From the UHGV virus genome UHGV-1764584: a stretch of DNA of 15,232 nucleotides. One strand, given 5' to 3'. This DNA is from a virus. Both the position numbers and the translations under genes were made by a program. This document shows positions 13,907-15,232 of the stretch, piece by piece (position 1 is the first letter of the stretch; each line of letters opens with the position of its first letter). The notes under the pieces were generated by a model, which saw nothing but the letters and a program-made list of their open reading frames with translations, was not told the DNA's origin and ran no database searches.

Positions 13907-14755
13907 TTAATGTTGGAGTGATTTCCAGGTCTTTCTTAGCCTGTTATAACGCTGCTCAACGAGGGAGCGTAAATATGCAAGGTCAGCACCAGGATACATG
14001 CCATCAGCAAATTCCTGGCTAACCTCTCTAGTGATTTGATGGCGAAGTTCGGCCTCTCCCTTTTCCTGAACAAGACGCGCAGCTCTCTCCGCTGCTTTCT
14101 GTTTTGCCTTTATCTCTCTGGCCGTCTTCCTCTGACGCCATACATTCTCCATCTGCTCCTGAATAACAATACGCTTATAATCAGCCTCCGTTATCGCTTT
14201 TTTAAGCCGTTCGCTATTCTTCGCATTGAAGTAATTAAGTTTCTGGCTAACCGCACGTCTCCATGCTTGTTCAGTAATACCAACTGTTTCCAGCAGTTGA
14301 TCACGAATCTCGATTTTCGCTGGCCAATACTGTTTATTCACCCGATCCCAGCGACGTTCATAATCAATAAAACCTAACTCTTTCAGTTGCGACAACGCCC
14401 TTGTACAGCGCGTTATAGACTTGTTCCCAGCTTCGGATACGGTAGACAGGCCGCAAAAATCAGCCAACGCCTCAGCACTGGCCAGAACCCGCTTAGAAAT
14501 GATGTTTACATGGTGCAAAATCGCAGCAATCACAGCATTAATCGCCCGACGACGATGCTCGTTTATCCGGCGTTTCCGCTCTGACGGTTGATTAACGTAG
14601 AACGCAACCTCACACGTAAGATCACGACCATTAATGCGCTGTAAAGCATCAGATAACACCAGCGGCAGCTTGTGCGTATGGTGCTTTGGAGGCTGGAACT
14701 CCGGCGACAAATTACAAACGTAAGCTGAACGTAGAGACGGCATTGGTCTATCCAT
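13907..14755 (-). CDS. repA: IncFII-family replication initiator RepA1
   Basis: RRRAINAVIAAILHH...VLASAEALADFCGLSTVSEAGNKSITRCTRALSQLKELGFIDYERRWD aligns by eye with R100/R1 RepA1. Start set at the internal Met (MDRPMPS), giving 282 aa against about 285 for RepA1; the open frame extends to 14899. Confidence 0.8.
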   Translation of the reverse strand: MDRPMPSLRSAYVCNLSPEFQPPKHHTHKLPLVLSDALQRINGRDLTCEVAFYVNQPSERKRRINEHRRRAINAVIAAILHHVNIISKRVLASAEALADFCGLSTVSEAGNKSITRCTRALSQLKELGFIDYERRWDRVNKQYWPAKIEIRDQLLETVGITEQAWRRAVSQKLNYFNAKNSERLKKAITEADYKRIVIQEQMENVWRQRKTAREIKAKQKAAERAARLVQEKGEAELRHQITREVSQEFADGMYPGADLAYLRSLVEQRYNRLRKTWKSLQH

Positions 14756-14765
14756 ATGTTCGCTC

Positions 14766-14882
14766 TTGCGTCCACGGAAAACCAACGTATAATGGGAGTT
14801 GTCGAGGCGCCCATGGTTAGTTGTTGGTTTTCCTTTCCGTGGATGTCGCAAGAAGCCCGCAGATTTATCTGCGGGCTTTTTG
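14766..14882 (+). ncRNA. CopA-like antisense RNA with its promoter, opposite the repA leader
   Basis: -35 TTGCGT (14766-14771), 16 bp, -10 TATAAT (14788-14793). Terminator stem AAGCCCGCAGA/TCTGCGGGCTT (14853-14878) followed by TTTTTGTTT. The RNA would be about 83 nt, complementary to the region 45-130 nt upstream of the repA start. Confidence 0.55.
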
Positions 14883-14913
14883 TTTCCATATCTGGTCACT
14901 TTTCAACCAGACA

Positions 14914-14941
14914 CCCACAATCATAACCACGTTACGTGGTT
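14914..14941. promoter_or_regulatory. Palindromic operator candidate in the repA promoter region
   Basis: AACCACG-T-TACGTGGTT (14925-14941, 8-bp arms) preceded by CCCACAATC (14914-14922), identical to the left 9 nt of O6. On the minus strand it lies just upstream of a TATGAT -10 candidate. Confidence 0.4.
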
Positions 14942-15070
14942 TTAAGAGAACTCTACCACAACACTTTCGGTCATGCACGAAGTCTCTCACTGATCGAACG
15001 ATAATCCACCAGTAAAAGGATCTAAATTGGATCTCGTTTTGCGAGCATCATACTACTGGCCTAACTCCAG

Positions 15071-15220
15071 TCAATGATTCCCAGCCGGAAACCTGCGGTA
15101 AAGCGTGGATAAGGTAACATCGAAGATAATCGCTATCCGCTTACGTGAAACACCATTCGCAATAAGCCTTCCGATCTGGGGTTCTACGCCGGAACCGCCG
15201 GAATTTCCGGCCTGTGATTT
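15071..15220 (-). pseudogene. Remnant of a serine recombinase (resolvase/invertase) C-terminal HTH
   Basis: Minus-strand frame reads ...PQIGRLIANGVSRKRIAIIFDVTLSTLYRRFPAGNH*, matching the Hin/Gin/resolvase C-terminal HTH. The frame is closed by an in-frame stop at 15221-15223 with no start codon. Confidence 0.35.
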
Positions 15221-15232
15221 TTAGTGGTCCTT

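Noticed and set aside
14036-14584. Plus-strand ORFs antisense to repA (14036-14377, 14387-14584)
   Set aside because: Lie inside the well-supported RepA1 frame on the opposite strand.
14563-14889. Minus-strand 108-aa ORF overlapping the repA start and CopA region
   Set aside because: Out of frame with repA and far longer than an R1-type leader peptide. Only its first codons might act as a leader peptide, which cannot be resolved from sequence alone.

Overview
This window reads as a mosaic plasmid / phage-plasmid backbone from an enterobacterial-type genome. All calls are by eye from the sequence and ORF track; no database search or folding was run, so family names are recalled motif matches. 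Contents, left to right: (1) a minus-strand operon for a small winged-helix regulator plus two small unknown proteins (184-1015); (2) a 355-aa protein that I recall as DUF3560-like (1093-2160); (3) a tightly coupled lambdoid-style early operon on the minus strand (2330-4680: Cro/CII-like HTH protein, two unknowns, Ref-family HNH nuclease, DUF1064 protein, Q-like antiterminator) divergent from a cI-like repressor (4854-5510), with ACCACA-N3-TGTGGT operators between them; (4) a ParA (ParF-type) and small ribbon-helix-helix ParG-like partition pair (6128-7073) flanked by AT-rich boxes; (5) a candidate small RNA and a divergent 40-aa hydrophobic peptide sharing an 18-nt complementarity (7324-7870); (6) an antirepressor operon (8203-9542, ORF6N + Rha/AntA-like); (7) an XRE regulator divergent from an AT-rich membrane-protein gene (10352-11151); (8) a HigB/HigA-like toxin-antitoxin pair (11799-12451); (9) an IncFII-type replicon (RepA1 13907-14755, CopA-like antisense RNA, AT-rich origin with a perfect DnaA box). 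The most unusual signals are a ~110-bp promoter/leader module duplicated almost exactly upstream of two unrelated genes, an AT-rich box family dispersed over six promoters, and the sRNA/peptide pair. No integrase, rRNA, tRNA, CRISPR array, phage structural or lysis genes were seen.
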